DNA from: Rhodosorus marinus CCMP1338
Taxonomy: Eukaryota; Plantae; Rhodophyta
NCBI GenBank assembly: GCA_029953675.1
Contig: JAMWBK010000012.1
Span: 248,001 to 312,000, forward strand
Reading direction: 5' to 3'
Length of the DNA stretch: 64,000 nt
Both the position numbers and the translations under genes were made by a program. Shown piece by piece: positions 23,655 through 35,720 of the stretch. The number at the start of each line of letters is the position of its first letter. Position 1 is the stretch's first letter. The notes under the pieces were generated by a model. It searched no databases and was not told the DNA's origin. It worked only from the letters and a program-made list of their open reading frames with translations.

Positions 23655-24200
23655 AATATGTACCGCGAACTTCGGCCTATGATACGGGAAACGTTGTCGG
23701 GAATTGAACGTGAGAAGCCCCTGCCTGTCGCAGACTACCAAAGTGATAATCGCCGCGTGGCTGACCTCGTGTCACCTGTGACGAAAGCCGCCGTACGACG
23801 TACGTTGATCTTGCTGTTCCTAATCCTCAGCGCCTCGTCGTTATTTGTCGGCTAGCGGGAGAGCGCCGCGGATTTGCCGCTGCCAGTATGAGACGTCGCA
23901 AAGAGTTGAAATATTTGGGGGCTTTGTCTTCCCCAGGCATTCGTGCTTCGGCTCTAGCTCATTGTCTGCTACCTCTGGTCATTGAGTGTTTTGGATTTAT
24001 GGATTCCGTTGGTTCTCGTTGGCTTCGGGAATTGTTCCGCGAACGCCCTGACCTTCTGTTCTCGTTTACCCGTTCTAAGTTTCTTGATGTGGCGTATGAA
24101 CGCTGTTTTGACGTCCGAGGGGCGCGACCTTCGCCGCGCATAGATTTTTTTCCCCCCCTCGGGCTTTTTTCTTTAAGTCTCCGATTAAACAAATTCATTC
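23655..24200 (+). mobile_element. Degenerate family A 3' fragment
   Basis: EREKPLPVADYQ..RRVADLV and LVIECFGFMDSVG; tail aaattcattcagattcag. Confidence 0.85.
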
Positions 24201-24739
24201 AGATTCAGAGTCGTACTACTGTAAGTTTAGCGGTGACAGTCATTCCAACGACGATCATGGCGCTGCCCCTTGCTTCGATGGCAGCGATGTCAATAATCGG
24301 GAGACAGAAAGCCGCTATGGCAATACCTTCTTTGGCAGTATGCTAGCGGAGACTTTTACCACTATCATCAACCAAACCAGTCAGAAAACCGTAAGGCTTA
24401 CCGTATATGCAGTCAATCTCCGCACGCTGGCCGTCGAGATGACGACGATTTTACAAAAGCACCTTAAAATCGACGTAGGGCGTAAAGCTAGCTTGGCATT
24501 AGGTACAGAAGCGTCAAGCCCTTTGGTAATAGTTATTGGCCACCTTGGTTGTCCGCACTCCGCGGCAATTCTGGTGCTTACTTGGTGGATAAATGTATCT
24601 CGTGTCGGAGAGATATGACCTGACCGAGTGTCACCAGCGCACTGCCTAACCCTGCTTAGTGAAACCATCAGCGAGAAGCGAGGCCTAACAGAACCCGTCC
24701 TTTAATTCTTAATTAGGGGAGAAACAAATTCATTAATTC

Positions 24740-25972
24740 ATTAGAGGAGGAACATGCGTGTTCGTTTAGACATTGCACTGATGTGTCTATAGTTCGTTTG
24801 AGTGGTCATGGTTCCCACCCGGCCAATAGGGTACCTGGTTACCTCGGTAGGATTCTTTCAGATACCTTCGTACGTGGCGTAAAACTATTTAGGGGAGGAG
24901 GGGAGAAACACGCGTGTTGGTTCGATCTTGCACTTGTGGGTTAATAGTTGGTGTGAAGGGTAATCGTTCCTACCTGGCCAGGAGGGTAAGAAAGAAGTTT
25001 ACAGAAGCCGGTTATCTAAAACCCAAGTAGAGAGGAAGCATACTTGTTGTGTTAGACCTTGCACTGATGGGTTTATAATTATGTGAATGGTGATCGTCCC
25101 TACCTGGTCAGGAGGGGACGCAGAACCCGGTTGCGTCGAAAACCTAATTGGAGGAGAAACATACATACTGATTTAGAACTTGCACTGATGCGTTTATAGT
25201 TGGTGTGACTGGTAATCGTCCCTACCTGGCCAGGAGGGCAAGAAAGAGGTTTACACATCCCGTAGTGCAGATGCTAGTTATAGGAGAAACATGCGCGTTG
25301 GCTTAGATATTGCACTGATGGGTTTACAGTTGGTGTGAATGGTAATTGTCCCTACCTGGCCAAGAGGACACCTGGTAACAACAATACACGTACAGACAGC
25401 TTCTTCCGGGTCGAATCCCTAGTTAGAGGAGAATTATGCGTTGGTTTAGACGTTGCACTGATGGGTTTATTAGATGAAGATGTGAATGGTAATGGTCCCT
25501 ACCTGAGGACGAGGGCAAACGGACAACGCGGAAGCGTGGCTTATACAGGACAAGCCGTCGAAACACTCGAAATCTGAGCACCCTGGGCGACAGAACCCGG
25601 TTGCGTCGAGAACCTAATTAGAGGAGAAACATATGTATTGATTTAGAATTTGCACTGATGCGTTTATAGTTGGTGTGAATGGTAATCATCCCTACCTGGC
25701 CAGAAGGGCAAGAAAGAGGTTTACACATCCCGTAGTGCAGATGCTAGTTATAGGAGAAACATGCGCGTTGGCTTAGATATATCACTGATGGGTTTACAGT
25801 TGGTGTGAATGGTAATTGTCCCTACCTGGCCAAGAGGACACCTGGTAACAACAATACACGTACAGACAGCTTCTTCCGGGTCGAATCCCTAGTTAGAGGA
25901 GAATTATGCGTTGGTTTAGACGTTGCACTGATGGGTTTATTAGATGAAGATGTGAATGGTAATGGTCCCTAC
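24740..25972 (-). repeat. Array of nine homologous ~80-nt introns or intron relics separated by micro-exons; includes a 470-bp duplication
   Basis: Conserved GTAGGGA..ATTACCA.TCACACCAACT.TAAAC.CATCAGTGCAA..TCTAA..TTTCTCCT.TAA(C/T)TAG units. Confidence 0.85.
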
Positions 25973-28402
25973 CTGAGGACGAGGGCAAACGGACAACGCG
26001 GAAGCGTGGCTTATACAGGACAAGCCGTTGAAGCACTCAAAATCTGAGCACTCTCGGCAAATACATTCTCCCTCACCATTCACGACAAGCTCCTACAGTT
26101 GAGACGGACGGACGAGTTGTGAGGTGGGTACAGAGGCGCAATGGCTTGAAATGGTTTCCTACATTCGTCGGTGGGCAAGAAACACTCGCAACATCCGTTC
26201 CGCAGATGCCATTGTAGATACATTTCCCTTCCGTGGGTGCGCACTCACACGTGCATGTGTCAGCGTCCGGGTCTAGAGTCTACTCCAAAGTTGATGAGTC
26301 GGGTGTTTAGCCATTGAACTATTGGTTTGTGTGGATGATTCTGGATTTTACCTCTCCGGTAGCGCAGGTAGCTACGAAATCACTGATTTCGTTGCAGGTT
26401 TGACTATCACTGTTGAAGCATTGCGAGTTTGAGCACTTTCGGCAAGTACACTCTCCCTTATCATTCACGGCAACTTCCTGAGGATTAGCACAGGGAGAGA
26501 GGTGTGAGAGACGAGTTGTGAGGTGGGTACAGAGGCGCAATGGCTTGAAATGGTTTCCTACATTCGTCGGTGGGCAAGAAACACTCGCAACATCCGTTCC
26601 GCAGATACCATTGTAGATACATTTCCCTTCCGTGGGTGCGCACTCACACGTGCATGTGTCAGCGTCCGGGTCTAGAGTCTACTCCAAAGTTGATGAGTCG
26701 GGTGTTTAGCCATTGAACTATTGGTTTGTGTGGATGATTCTGGATTTTACCTCTCCGGTAGCGCAGGTAGCTACGAAATCACTGATTTCGTTGCAAGTTT
26801 GACTATCACTGTTGAAGCATTGCGAGTTTGAGCACTTTCGGCAAGTACACTCTCCCTTATCATTCACGGCAACTTCCTGAGGATTGGAACAGGGAGAGAG
26901 GTGTGAGAGACGAGTTGTGAGGTGGGTACGGAGGCGCAATGGCTTGAAATGGTTTCCTACATTCGTCGGTGGGCAAGAAACACTCGCAACATCCGTTCCG
27001 CAGATACCATTGTAGATACATTTCCCTTCCGTGGGTGCGCACTCACACGTGCATGTGTCAGCGTCCGGGTCTAGAGTCTACTCCAAAGTTGATGAGTCGG
27101 GTGTTTAGCCATTGAACTATTGGTTTGTGTGGATGATTCTGGATTTTACCTCTCCGGTAGCGCAGGTAGCTACGAAATCACTAATTTCGTCGCAGGTTTG
27201 ACTATCACTGTTGAAGCATTGCGAGTTTGAGCACTTTCGGCAAGTACACTCTCCCTTATCATTCACGGCAACTTCCTGAGGATTGGAACAGGGAGAGAGG
27301 TGTGAGAGACGAGTTGTGAGGTGGGTACAGAGGCGCAATGGCTTGAAATGGTTTCCTACATTCGTCGGTGGGCAAGAAACACTCGCAACATCCGTTCCGC
27401 AGATACTATTATGGACACATTTCCCTTCCGTGGGTGCGCACTCACACGTGCATGTGTCAGCGTCCGGGTCTAGAGTCTACTCCAAAGTTGATGAGTCGGG
27501 TGTTTAGCCATTGAAGTATTGGTTTGTGTGGATGATTCTGGATTTTACCTCTCCGGCAGCGCAGGTAGCTACGAAATCACTAATTTCGGCGCAGGTTTGA
27601 CTATCACTGTTGAAGCATTGCGAGTTTGAGCACTTTCGGCAAGTACACTCTCCCTTATCATTCACGGCAACTTCCTGGGGATTGGAACAGGGAGAGAGGT
27701 GTGAGGAGGTTGGAAGGGATAGCTGAGATAATTTCCTTCTAACCAAACCTCCGTTGGACGACAGTTCAGTGCCGCCGATGAGGCTGGACTCCCGATGGTA
27801 AGGCAGTCAGAACCAATCCTGCAAGTGTCAGAGGGGCACGCCGGTGTGCACTCGAGTTCGACAGTGCACGCGAATTGAAACGCTTTCCCGGGTCTCAATT
27901 GTCGACAATTGAAATCTGAGGCCAGCCATCCTCGCCTTAGCGAGTTGGACTGATTTATCCCGAATACGGCGTATCCGACGACCTCAAAATCGCTATCACA
28001 ACACGAAGCCGTGTCAATCGATGCGATCCTTGTAGGGCAAGTGTCTATCCTTGCCTTTGTAACCGTTTCTCCGTCTCGGAAGTCCCTCCTCTTCGTGAAT
28101 CTCTTCGTGCTGAATGGAATCGAATCGCCCTTGACCCAGATTCCCGTTCTCAGTTTGACGATCGTGAACGGATCATGCGCATTAAAATTCATCCGAAAGC
28201 AAGTGCTCTTTGTTGGCCTCATGCGTTGGACGGCCTCCAGAGTTGCATTGCCCATCACGTTCCCTGCGAAATCTCTCAGAGTGAAGGTCCGAATCTGCAC
28301 ATCAAAGCTCTTAAACGCCTCCTCACCAGCACACGTGCCGGTTCCGGGAGCCCCCAGAACTGCCACCAGCAACAAACACCATACTAGGCCGATTTTACTC
28401 AT
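25108..28402 (-). CDS. 16-exon secreted Cys-rich protein (~704 aa): N-terminal conserved domain plus tandem Cys-rich micro-exon modules
   Basis: Exons 28402-27749, 27674-27549, 27476-27360, 27275-27150, 27077-26961, 26876-26751, 26678-26562, 26477-26352, 26279-26163, 26092-25973, 25888-25826, 25743-25696, 25613-25503, 25418-25356, 25273-25226 and 25143-25108 (TGA). All introns are GT-AG, 70-84 nt and phase 0, and the joined frame stays open. Confidence 0.8.
26163..27674 (-). repeat. 399-bp tandem repeat x4 (126-nt exon, 72-nt intron, 117-nt exon, 84-nt intron)
   Basis: Near-identical units with exact 399-bp period. Confidence 0.95.
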
Positions 28403-28899
28403 CTCGCCCCTCTGTATATAAAGTAATCAGCTGAAAAATATCCTTTCTGCCTTGAACGACCTGCAGCTCCAAACCCTCAAGTCAAACACCTCTACCGCCT
28501 CCCTTAGACGACCTCCAGCTCCACTCGTCCAAGTCAAACACCTCTCCCTTCTCACTCCCACCCCCCAACAGTCAGCTACTCCTCCAGCAGAGTTTCCAAT
28601 GTATTCAGAGCTTCCATCGTCAGAGGCTTCTTCAAGCAGTCACATATTAATTCATTTTCTCGTCCTTTCAACGAAGGTAAATGATAAACCCTAGAATTTT
28701 TGAGTCCAGTGGCTTGCTGCACGGTTTTGTGTCCACAGCGCTCCCACAAGAGATATTTTCATCACGTTTATTCAGATATATTCTAATGCATCATTGCGCT
28801 TATCGACTTCTACAATACTCACAAGGAGGCTGGTCTCCTTATTGAATTGAGTCTCAACGTTCCGCCGTATTAAGCCCTGTACAGCTCTCAAGGTTTGTA

Positions 28900-29275
28900 T
28901 GCTAGTAGTGCCCATCTCACTGCTGCCGCAGGCCGCCGGGGGGCAGCCGCTCCGGCCCTTCGTCGAGCGAAGGAACGACGGTATGCTGAGAGGCGCGCCA
29001 TCCGCTCCTGGGTTTACACGCTTCCCTACCTAGTTCTTAGTTCCTTCTCACGCCTTGCGTAGCGTGTTAGGAAATGTTTCACTGAGCATCCTGTTGAATA
29101 CTTGGAACTTTTGCGGCGTTTAAGCGTCTCTCTGTGGCGATATTCGAGCGGCATGCTTGCCGAGGCGCCATCGGCCCCTGCGTTTGTACGCTTCCCTACC
29201 TAGTTCTTAGGTCCTTTTCACGGTTTTCGTAGCGCTTTAGACTATGCTAATAAAGCCAATAAAAACCAGTACTGG
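28900..29275 (+). mobile_element. Concatenated family B 3' fragments
   Basis: Repeated cacgcttccctacctagttcttag termini; final tail gctaataaagccaataaaaacc. Confidence 0.85.
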
Positions 29276-30849
29276 TCGAGTACCACCAGTTTCAACACAT
29301 TGTTTACTTGGACTGAACCGCGTTTATTCAGAGACAGCCAAAAAAAAACCGATGGAAAAAAAGGAACCACATAAGGCCAATATCCGGCCTTGTGTGGACC
29401 GACATCAAAGCAGTACACTACACCAGGAAAACTCAAACCGGTAAAAAACGAGCGCGAGCCGGGCCCGTTGGGGCAAGTGTGAGACCTCCGTTAATAATAC
29501 TCAATGAATATATATTTTATTCAGGGATATTTTAATGCATTTGTGAAATAATTTCAAAGTGTTTAGACACAACGGTTTTTTGTTTCTTTTGGAGGGGCAC
29601 AATGTGAGTCCCAACGGCTTTTTTTTTTTTGGTGAGTAGTGAGTTTTTGAGGCAGACGACGGATTTTATCAATTGTTGTCATGTGCACTCCGATAAACGT
29701 TATCCGATAAATTTTGTAGGTGGATATTTTATTGAAAAATAATATAAAATTAAAGGAATTATGATGGAAATTTGTTCGCAAGAACAGATCCGATTGCACG
29801 CCAGTTAAATCGTCCGACAAATCTCGGATATTCAATCAATGTTAGTCTGCAATCAATCATTTTCTGTCTACGCATTGAATCATGATTACTTCTTGGTATA
29901 TAACGAGCTCAGGCGGGTTACGGCGTGTGCGCACGCAGCAAATCAACAAATACAAAAGGAATCCACTAAACTCAAAGCATTTAATGGAGAAGAGATACCA
30001 GGCGATGAGCTGCAGACGAGGCACGAATGTCCGAGGAAGACGAAGCCACTGTACTTTTCGCTTCTCGAGAGTTTCCCTGCTTTGGAACATGCCAGTGTCT
30101 TCCTATCGTCTTTTGCGGAACCTACATTTTTTAAAACCATATTTTTTTATGTGTCCCCATTGCGTACGTATCGGTTCCGAATAGGTTTCTTTTGGCTTCT
30201 AACGTATCATCGTCGTTATCTTCGTCGATATGTGGATTGGATTCAGCGGGTGTGTGTGTGTGTCCAGAAGGGGGGCCATTGCTTTTTTCGCTAGTATTGA
30301 ATGAATGAATTTGTATAGAAACTAATGTTGTCATCTCCGCCCATAAAAAACGTCCGATTACGTCCGATAAATATCGGACGGTCCGATGAAGATTTGTCGG
30401 ACCTGTAAGTTAGTAATAATAGAGCTTATCCACCGTGGACTCTGTCTGATATGAGTTTATCAGACCTGAGTAGAAATTAAGCAACGGGTTTCGTCCGATA
30501 AATGGTCTGATAATGACCGATTGCGTCCGATATATTTCACCGCTTTTTTCATATTTTTCGGAATAGTCGTTTGCCCACTCGACAGAGGTTTGATTTATGG
30601 ACAAAATGATCCTCTTTTATGTCTTGTTTCTTGGAACAGGAGGTGTAGACTTTGTTGGAGAACAAGGTGTGTATGAGTGTTCACTATTCTCGCGTTGCAT
30701 ACTTTGTCTCTAGGGTCGTGTACCCTTGGTAGGCAATTGGAAAGTATACTGGTAATTGTGAAAACGACACCAAATTCGAGGTTTTTGAGGTACTTAACGG
30801 TAATACCAGTTTACTGGTGTGCGCCTTGTGATACTCTGCACTGTGGCAA

Positions 30850-31090
30850 TACTGTCGCCAAAGTCACAGCTCCTACCCGCTCCAGAACTTCCAACCACAG
30901 ATGTTGAGTTGTGGAACAGGACATCAAGTGCGACTGCATCCGATCGCCCCGAGATCTCACAATCTCAGAGCATACCTTGCATTTCCACCGGTCCTGCTTC
31001 ACTCTCTGTCCACCCTCCACTACAAACACCCTCACTTGGCGGAAGAAGTTCCACTCTGCACTCTTCTTCCTCCCCCTGTGCCACGAACTG
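30850..31090 (-). pseudogene. BED zinc-finger relic (hAT-like transposase N-terminus)
   Basis: RGRKKSAEWNFF..RWKCKVCSEIVRSRGDRMQSHLMSC. Confidence 0.7.
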
Positions 31091-31289
31091 GTCAAACCTC
31101 GGATAGGGCTTCGGAGAACTATCACCCACTACAAAGATGACGACAGATTGACTGAGATAAACGGCGTTATCGATATTGTCACCGCTTGAGGGCATGTCCA
31201 ATTTGACCTCGTCGGAATGTTTACATGCGGGCACTTGTTCACCGGACTTTGATGAAGTAGCTCGACTGCCGTGGTCCGTATTTCATGTC

Positions 31290-31560
31290 AGTGTTCAACA
31301 TGATTGATTGATTCGACATTGTGAAAGCGATTTTGAGCTCTTAGGATACGCTCTGGTTCAAGTCATGCAGCCAGGCTCGATGCCTAGGCAAGCATGGTTG
31401 AGCGCATTGTTCAATTGCCTTGAGGTGGACGAGAACAAACCGTTCCAATAAGCCTGCACCGTGGAAACCCAATGTGCGGTCTCACCGGTCTGCCCCTCTG
31501 AGACATGCAGGATCGGTTCTGAGTGCTTCCCGACCGCAAACGCAAAGTCAGAACTGAATC
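31290..31560 (+). pseudogene. Decayed paralogue of exon 1 of the 25108-28402 gene
   Basis: CESDFELLGYAL..AWLSALFNC..NKPFQ*ACTVE..CPSETCRIGSEC..GPAE|gtatgt aligns with CDSDFEVVGYAV..GWLASDFNC..GKAFQFACTVE..CPSDTCRIGSDC..RPTE|gtttgg, with the same donor position. Confidence 0.75.
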
Positions 31561-32744
31561 GCGGTCCAGCAGAGGTATGTCTTGGCTCAGACCACCCCAC
31601 TGCCACTCTCCTAGTTCGTAACAACTCCTGCCGTATCTTAATCCGTAGTAAGTTGTTATGAGTGATTCAGCGCAATGTGGTTGCCAAGAAAGCTCACCCT
31701 CGTAGTGTTTCGACAGTGAGCGATGCATCGAAGGTGCCAATTTCGAATTTGGTTGCCCTTCTGGCCAGGTAACCACTACAACCATCCACTCCAAACAGAG
31801 ATCCATCAGTCCGATGGCCAAGCGTACGCACCGTCCTTCTTTACGTAGACTGTAGACCGCAAGGCTGAGCTCTGCGCGTGTGAATGCTCAGTCACTGCCG
31901 AGCGATGTATCTTTGAAGGCATCTGCAGAAACGCCTCTAGTGTTATCTGCCCGCTGAGAACCGTAAGCAAAAAGATATGTAACGCTCGCGCTCTCCAATC
32001 TCTTAGCGCCTCCTTCATTTACCTCAATTCCCAGGAACTCGCAGTGAATGATGATGGTGAATGTCATTGCCGAGAGTGTTCAAGCTCGCAGTGCCTCTAT
32101 GAAGAGCGATGCGTAGAAGGTGTCGAGTACGAAGCGGTGTTGGCCAGGTACGACTTTGAACATCTGCAACGAAAAGAGATCCATCACTACACTGCCTAAA
32201 TGTACGAATCATCATCCTGTGAGTAGTTCGTAAATGGCGACAGTGTTCTCTGCCCATGCGAAGCTTGCTCCAGCTCGGAGTACTTAGCAGACGGCCAATC
32301 CGTCGACGCTGAAAAATTCGGGGCTGATTCTTTTCTGCCATATACCCGAGGTAGCGAACATAATCAGCCACACAGGCCACGAATACAGCAGCCCAATTGC
32401 TGAACGTACGCACAACCCTCCCTCTTTCAATAGATTGTAGATCCGGACAATCCGTTCTGCACGTGTGGGTGCATTGCATTTATCGGCTCAGAACCCCCCT
32501 TGCCTACGGGGCTATGCTCCCTCGATGGGGATTGTGTTTTGATGCTCTGGCGGAGTAAGAAAACGACATGGCACTGCACTGAAACTTTGCAAGTTCTTAG
32601 CAGCTCCTTCTTTCTCTCAATCTCCAGCCTGATTCACAAGGAGATGTTGAAGTGAACGATGCGGGAAAATGTACGTGCGGGCGAACTAAGGGGACTCCGG
32701 TCAGACGCTAAAAAATCAGCCGAAGGGAGGAAAAACCCCCTCTA

Positions 32745-33420
32745 AGTGTCTCTCTGTGGCGATATTCTAGCAGCATGCTTGCCGAGGCGCGCCATCGGCG
32801 CCTGGGTTTTCAGATTTCCCTACCTAGTTCTTAGTTCCTTTTCACGCCTTGCGTAGCGCTTCAGGCTAATAAAGCCAATAAAACCAGTAAAAACCAGTAA
32901 AACCACCATCCTATCGTACGACAAGCCGGTCTTGAAATTGAACGTGAGAAGCCCCTGCCTGTCGCAGACTACCAAAATGATGAACGCCGTGTGGCTGACC
33001 TCGTGGTCACCAGTGATGATAGCCGCTGTACGATGTACGTTGATCTTGCTGTTCCTAATCCTCAGGCTAGTCGCTATTTGCCAGCTGCGGGAGAGCGCCA
33101 CGGATTTGCCGCTGCCAGTAGGAGACGTCGAAAAGAGTTGAAATATGCGGGGGCTTTGTCTTCCCCAGGCACTCGTGCTTCGGCTCTGGGTCATCCCCTG
33201 GTACCTCTGGTCATTGAGTGCTTTTGGTTTATGGATTCCGTTGGTTCTCGCTGGCTTCAGGAATTGTTCAGTGAACGCCCTGACCGTCTGTCCTTGTTGT
33301 TTACGCGATTAATTTCGCTGTGGTCTATGAACGCTGCTTTGATGTTGGAGGCACGAGATCTTCGCCTCGCTTTTCTCCTCTCGGGGTATTTCTTTTAGTC
33401 TCGGATTAAACGAATGCGTT
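32745..33420 (+). mobile_element. Family B 3' fragment (32745-32910) followed directly by a family A 3' fragment (32915-33420)
   Basis: B terminus with (AGTAAAACC) tail, then ORF 32991-33398 family A RLE. Confidence 0.85.
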
Positions 33421-34385
33421 CAATTGTCCACTGAGCGTACCGAAACATGAGATTTCCAACCAAGGCTGAGAATAGAAACTATTTTACAGCGTAAGCGGAG
33501 AGAACATCCAATGAAGGAATCGACTAGAATAGCTTTTACTCTATTTATATATTATACATCCAATAAGAGCTCGATCTGAGAAAAAAAGCCGTTGGAACTA
33601 CTCTTTCTGTATATAATTCGTTCTGGATCGGTGGTCGTTTTCAGATGCTGAATATTTGAAAGTTGTTTTCGAAAGGGCAAGTTGAGGTGATGGAGTTTGA
33701 AACCGAGAAGCCCGTGATCGCCCGGGAGGTGATAATACATATACACCCGGCCATCTTCCCGTTGCAGAAGAAGGACACCACTATAGCGGTGGTCAACGAC
33801 GGGATTCCGTTGCCTAACGCCGATGATTCCGACGACTGCATCCGAGTACGTCGAAACCAAAGCCGGAAGACCCACCTCTGTGGAAGAACCGACGATTTCG
33901 CTCTGGTGTGGAAGAATTACCCGAACAACTTGCACGCTTCACATCTGCGAAGGTGGAATCTGGGGCACCTAAACAACCATTGGCTAGTCCGTGCAAGGAG
34001 CGTTGGAGAGTTTCAGTAGCGGAGGAATTCTGCAATCACTCAACGCTTATAATACGTCTACGAACGCTGTTTTGGAGCCCCGCGTGGATCTTCGTTGCGC
34101 TTAGTCTTTTCTTTTCCCTCAGGTTTTTTTCTAGAGTCTCCGATTAGGCAAATTCGTTCACATAGCGCGTGGACATTGGTGGAGAGACTGCGAAACTTCT
34201 ACGCAACAAATTTCTGTCTTAAACCAAGCAGCATACACAGATGGCACGTGGGGGTGAGCCCGGAAGGAAGTTCATGACAATAAGTAAATTTCCTGAAAAC
34301 GAACTGAAAACGGACATGTCTTGATGCCAACACAAGCCCGAGTCGGAATTCCGGAAACTCAGCTTGGAGCAAACATTTCATGGAA

Positions 34386-34436
34386 GACAGAGAGCCTGAG
34401 CTAAAAGAGCTCAGGCTCTCTGTCGTGTTATGCTAG
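34386..34436 (+). mobile_element. Candidate Helitron 3' terminus
   Basis: Perfect 17-bp stem GACAGAGAGCCTGAGCT-AAAAG-AGCTCAGGCTCTCTGTC, 8 nt later CTAG, followed by T. Confidence 0.5.
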
Positions 34437-35219
34437 TAAAGTCCAGCTAAAAGAGAAAATCTTATTTCTTATGGAATGAGTACTAAATCAATAGTACCCT
34501 CATTTGAAAAGCGAGACAGAGTCAAGAATTGTGATTGGTGATCCAATGCTTATGAAGAAAATAAAGGATTTTGATTGGACAATTGATGAGATAATTTGAT
34601 GAATTGTGTGAATACTTAATGCGCGGAGACTCGCGTAAAGAAGATGATTGGAATTGGGTCACAATATGTAAATGTATTGGATAAGAGTCCGTGCAAAGCG
34701 AGAAAAGTTCCGGAAAGCGCTATATCTTTGTTTCCTTTTAGAGAGTTCAGTTGAAATCGGGGAATTTCGAGGCTGGCTGAGAGCCGCGAAAGGAGACAAA
34801 ACCATGGAAGCAACCGAATTACTCGACAAGCAGGGTTATGCCGTATGGAAGTCAACGATTGGGAGTTGAAGTTTGCGGGTAAGCCGAGACAAGTATTCGG
34901 TAAGGGGGAGTGTTGGAACTCCATATGTGATCTAGGTACTTCATACTAGGCTTCGATTAGAACCAGCTACTCCTATACCTAGCACTACATGTGTAGGGTA
35001 TATAAAATGCTAGCCATTCCATGAGTAGGGTCAGAGGGGTTGTTTGAGTAACAGGTCCCATAGTCAACAGGATGATGAATGGCACGAAGACGAGACCAGC
35101 AGATCATCATGGTGCGAAAAACGTTGTAATGCGCCTCCAAGAGTCTCTGTTAGCTCTGTCAGAACTTCCAGTTCCAACCATACTCAGAATAAAAACTATT
35201 ATGCGGAGTATCGAACAGA

Positions 35220-35590
35220 CTATCCAATGGAGATTCGACTTTGATGTTTTTTACTTAATATCCAGTTGTGTTTTGTGCAGTAAATGTCCGCTATGAGAAG
35301 AACAGCCGTTGGGGCAACTCTCCCTGGATAAAATGCGTTGTGCCGCGGTCGTTTTCAATCGGACTAGGGCGATTGTCTTCAGAGACTGCGGCATGGCTAC
35401 AATCTATCTATCCAATGGAGGATTCAACTTGGATATTGTTGGTGGAAGTAAATACTTTATATCCAATAAGTGACCGCTATGAGAAGAAAAGCCGTTGGGA
35501 CAACTCTCCCAGGATAAAGTGCGTTGTGCAGCGGGGGTCGTTTTCAATGGGAGTCCAACGATTGTCTTCAGAGGCTGCGCCATGGGTATA
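35220..35590. repeat. Diverged tandem duplication, period ~187 bp
   Basis: ctatccaatgga..ccgctatgagaagaa.agccgttggg.caactctccc.ggataaa.tgcgttgtgc..ggtcgttttcaat occurs twice. Confidence 0.75.
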
Positions 35591-35720
35591 TAGCGTAGTG
35601 GTCTGTAAACAGGGGGGGATGGTGGAGGAGGAACTGGCTGAAGGATAGCAGCACTTGCTGATTCGATCGTGACTTTCTTGTTCGTGAACGAAGTGTTGGG
35701 GAGGGAAGGGATTGTGTGAG

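Noticed and set aside
24740-25972. CRISPR-like repeat-spacer array
   Set aside because: Repeats are ~80 nt with GT..AG ends, spacers splice in frame into Cys-rich peptides, spacers are duplicated, there are no cas genes, and the context is eukaryotic.
29462-29620. Small MITE with ccgttggg...ctcc inverted ends (weakly similar to 14130-14205)
   Set aside because: Inverted repeat too degenerate and no TSD visible.
31806-32479. ORFs 31806-32018 and 32024-32479 as a gene
   Set aside because: No recognisable motif, start context or splice model.
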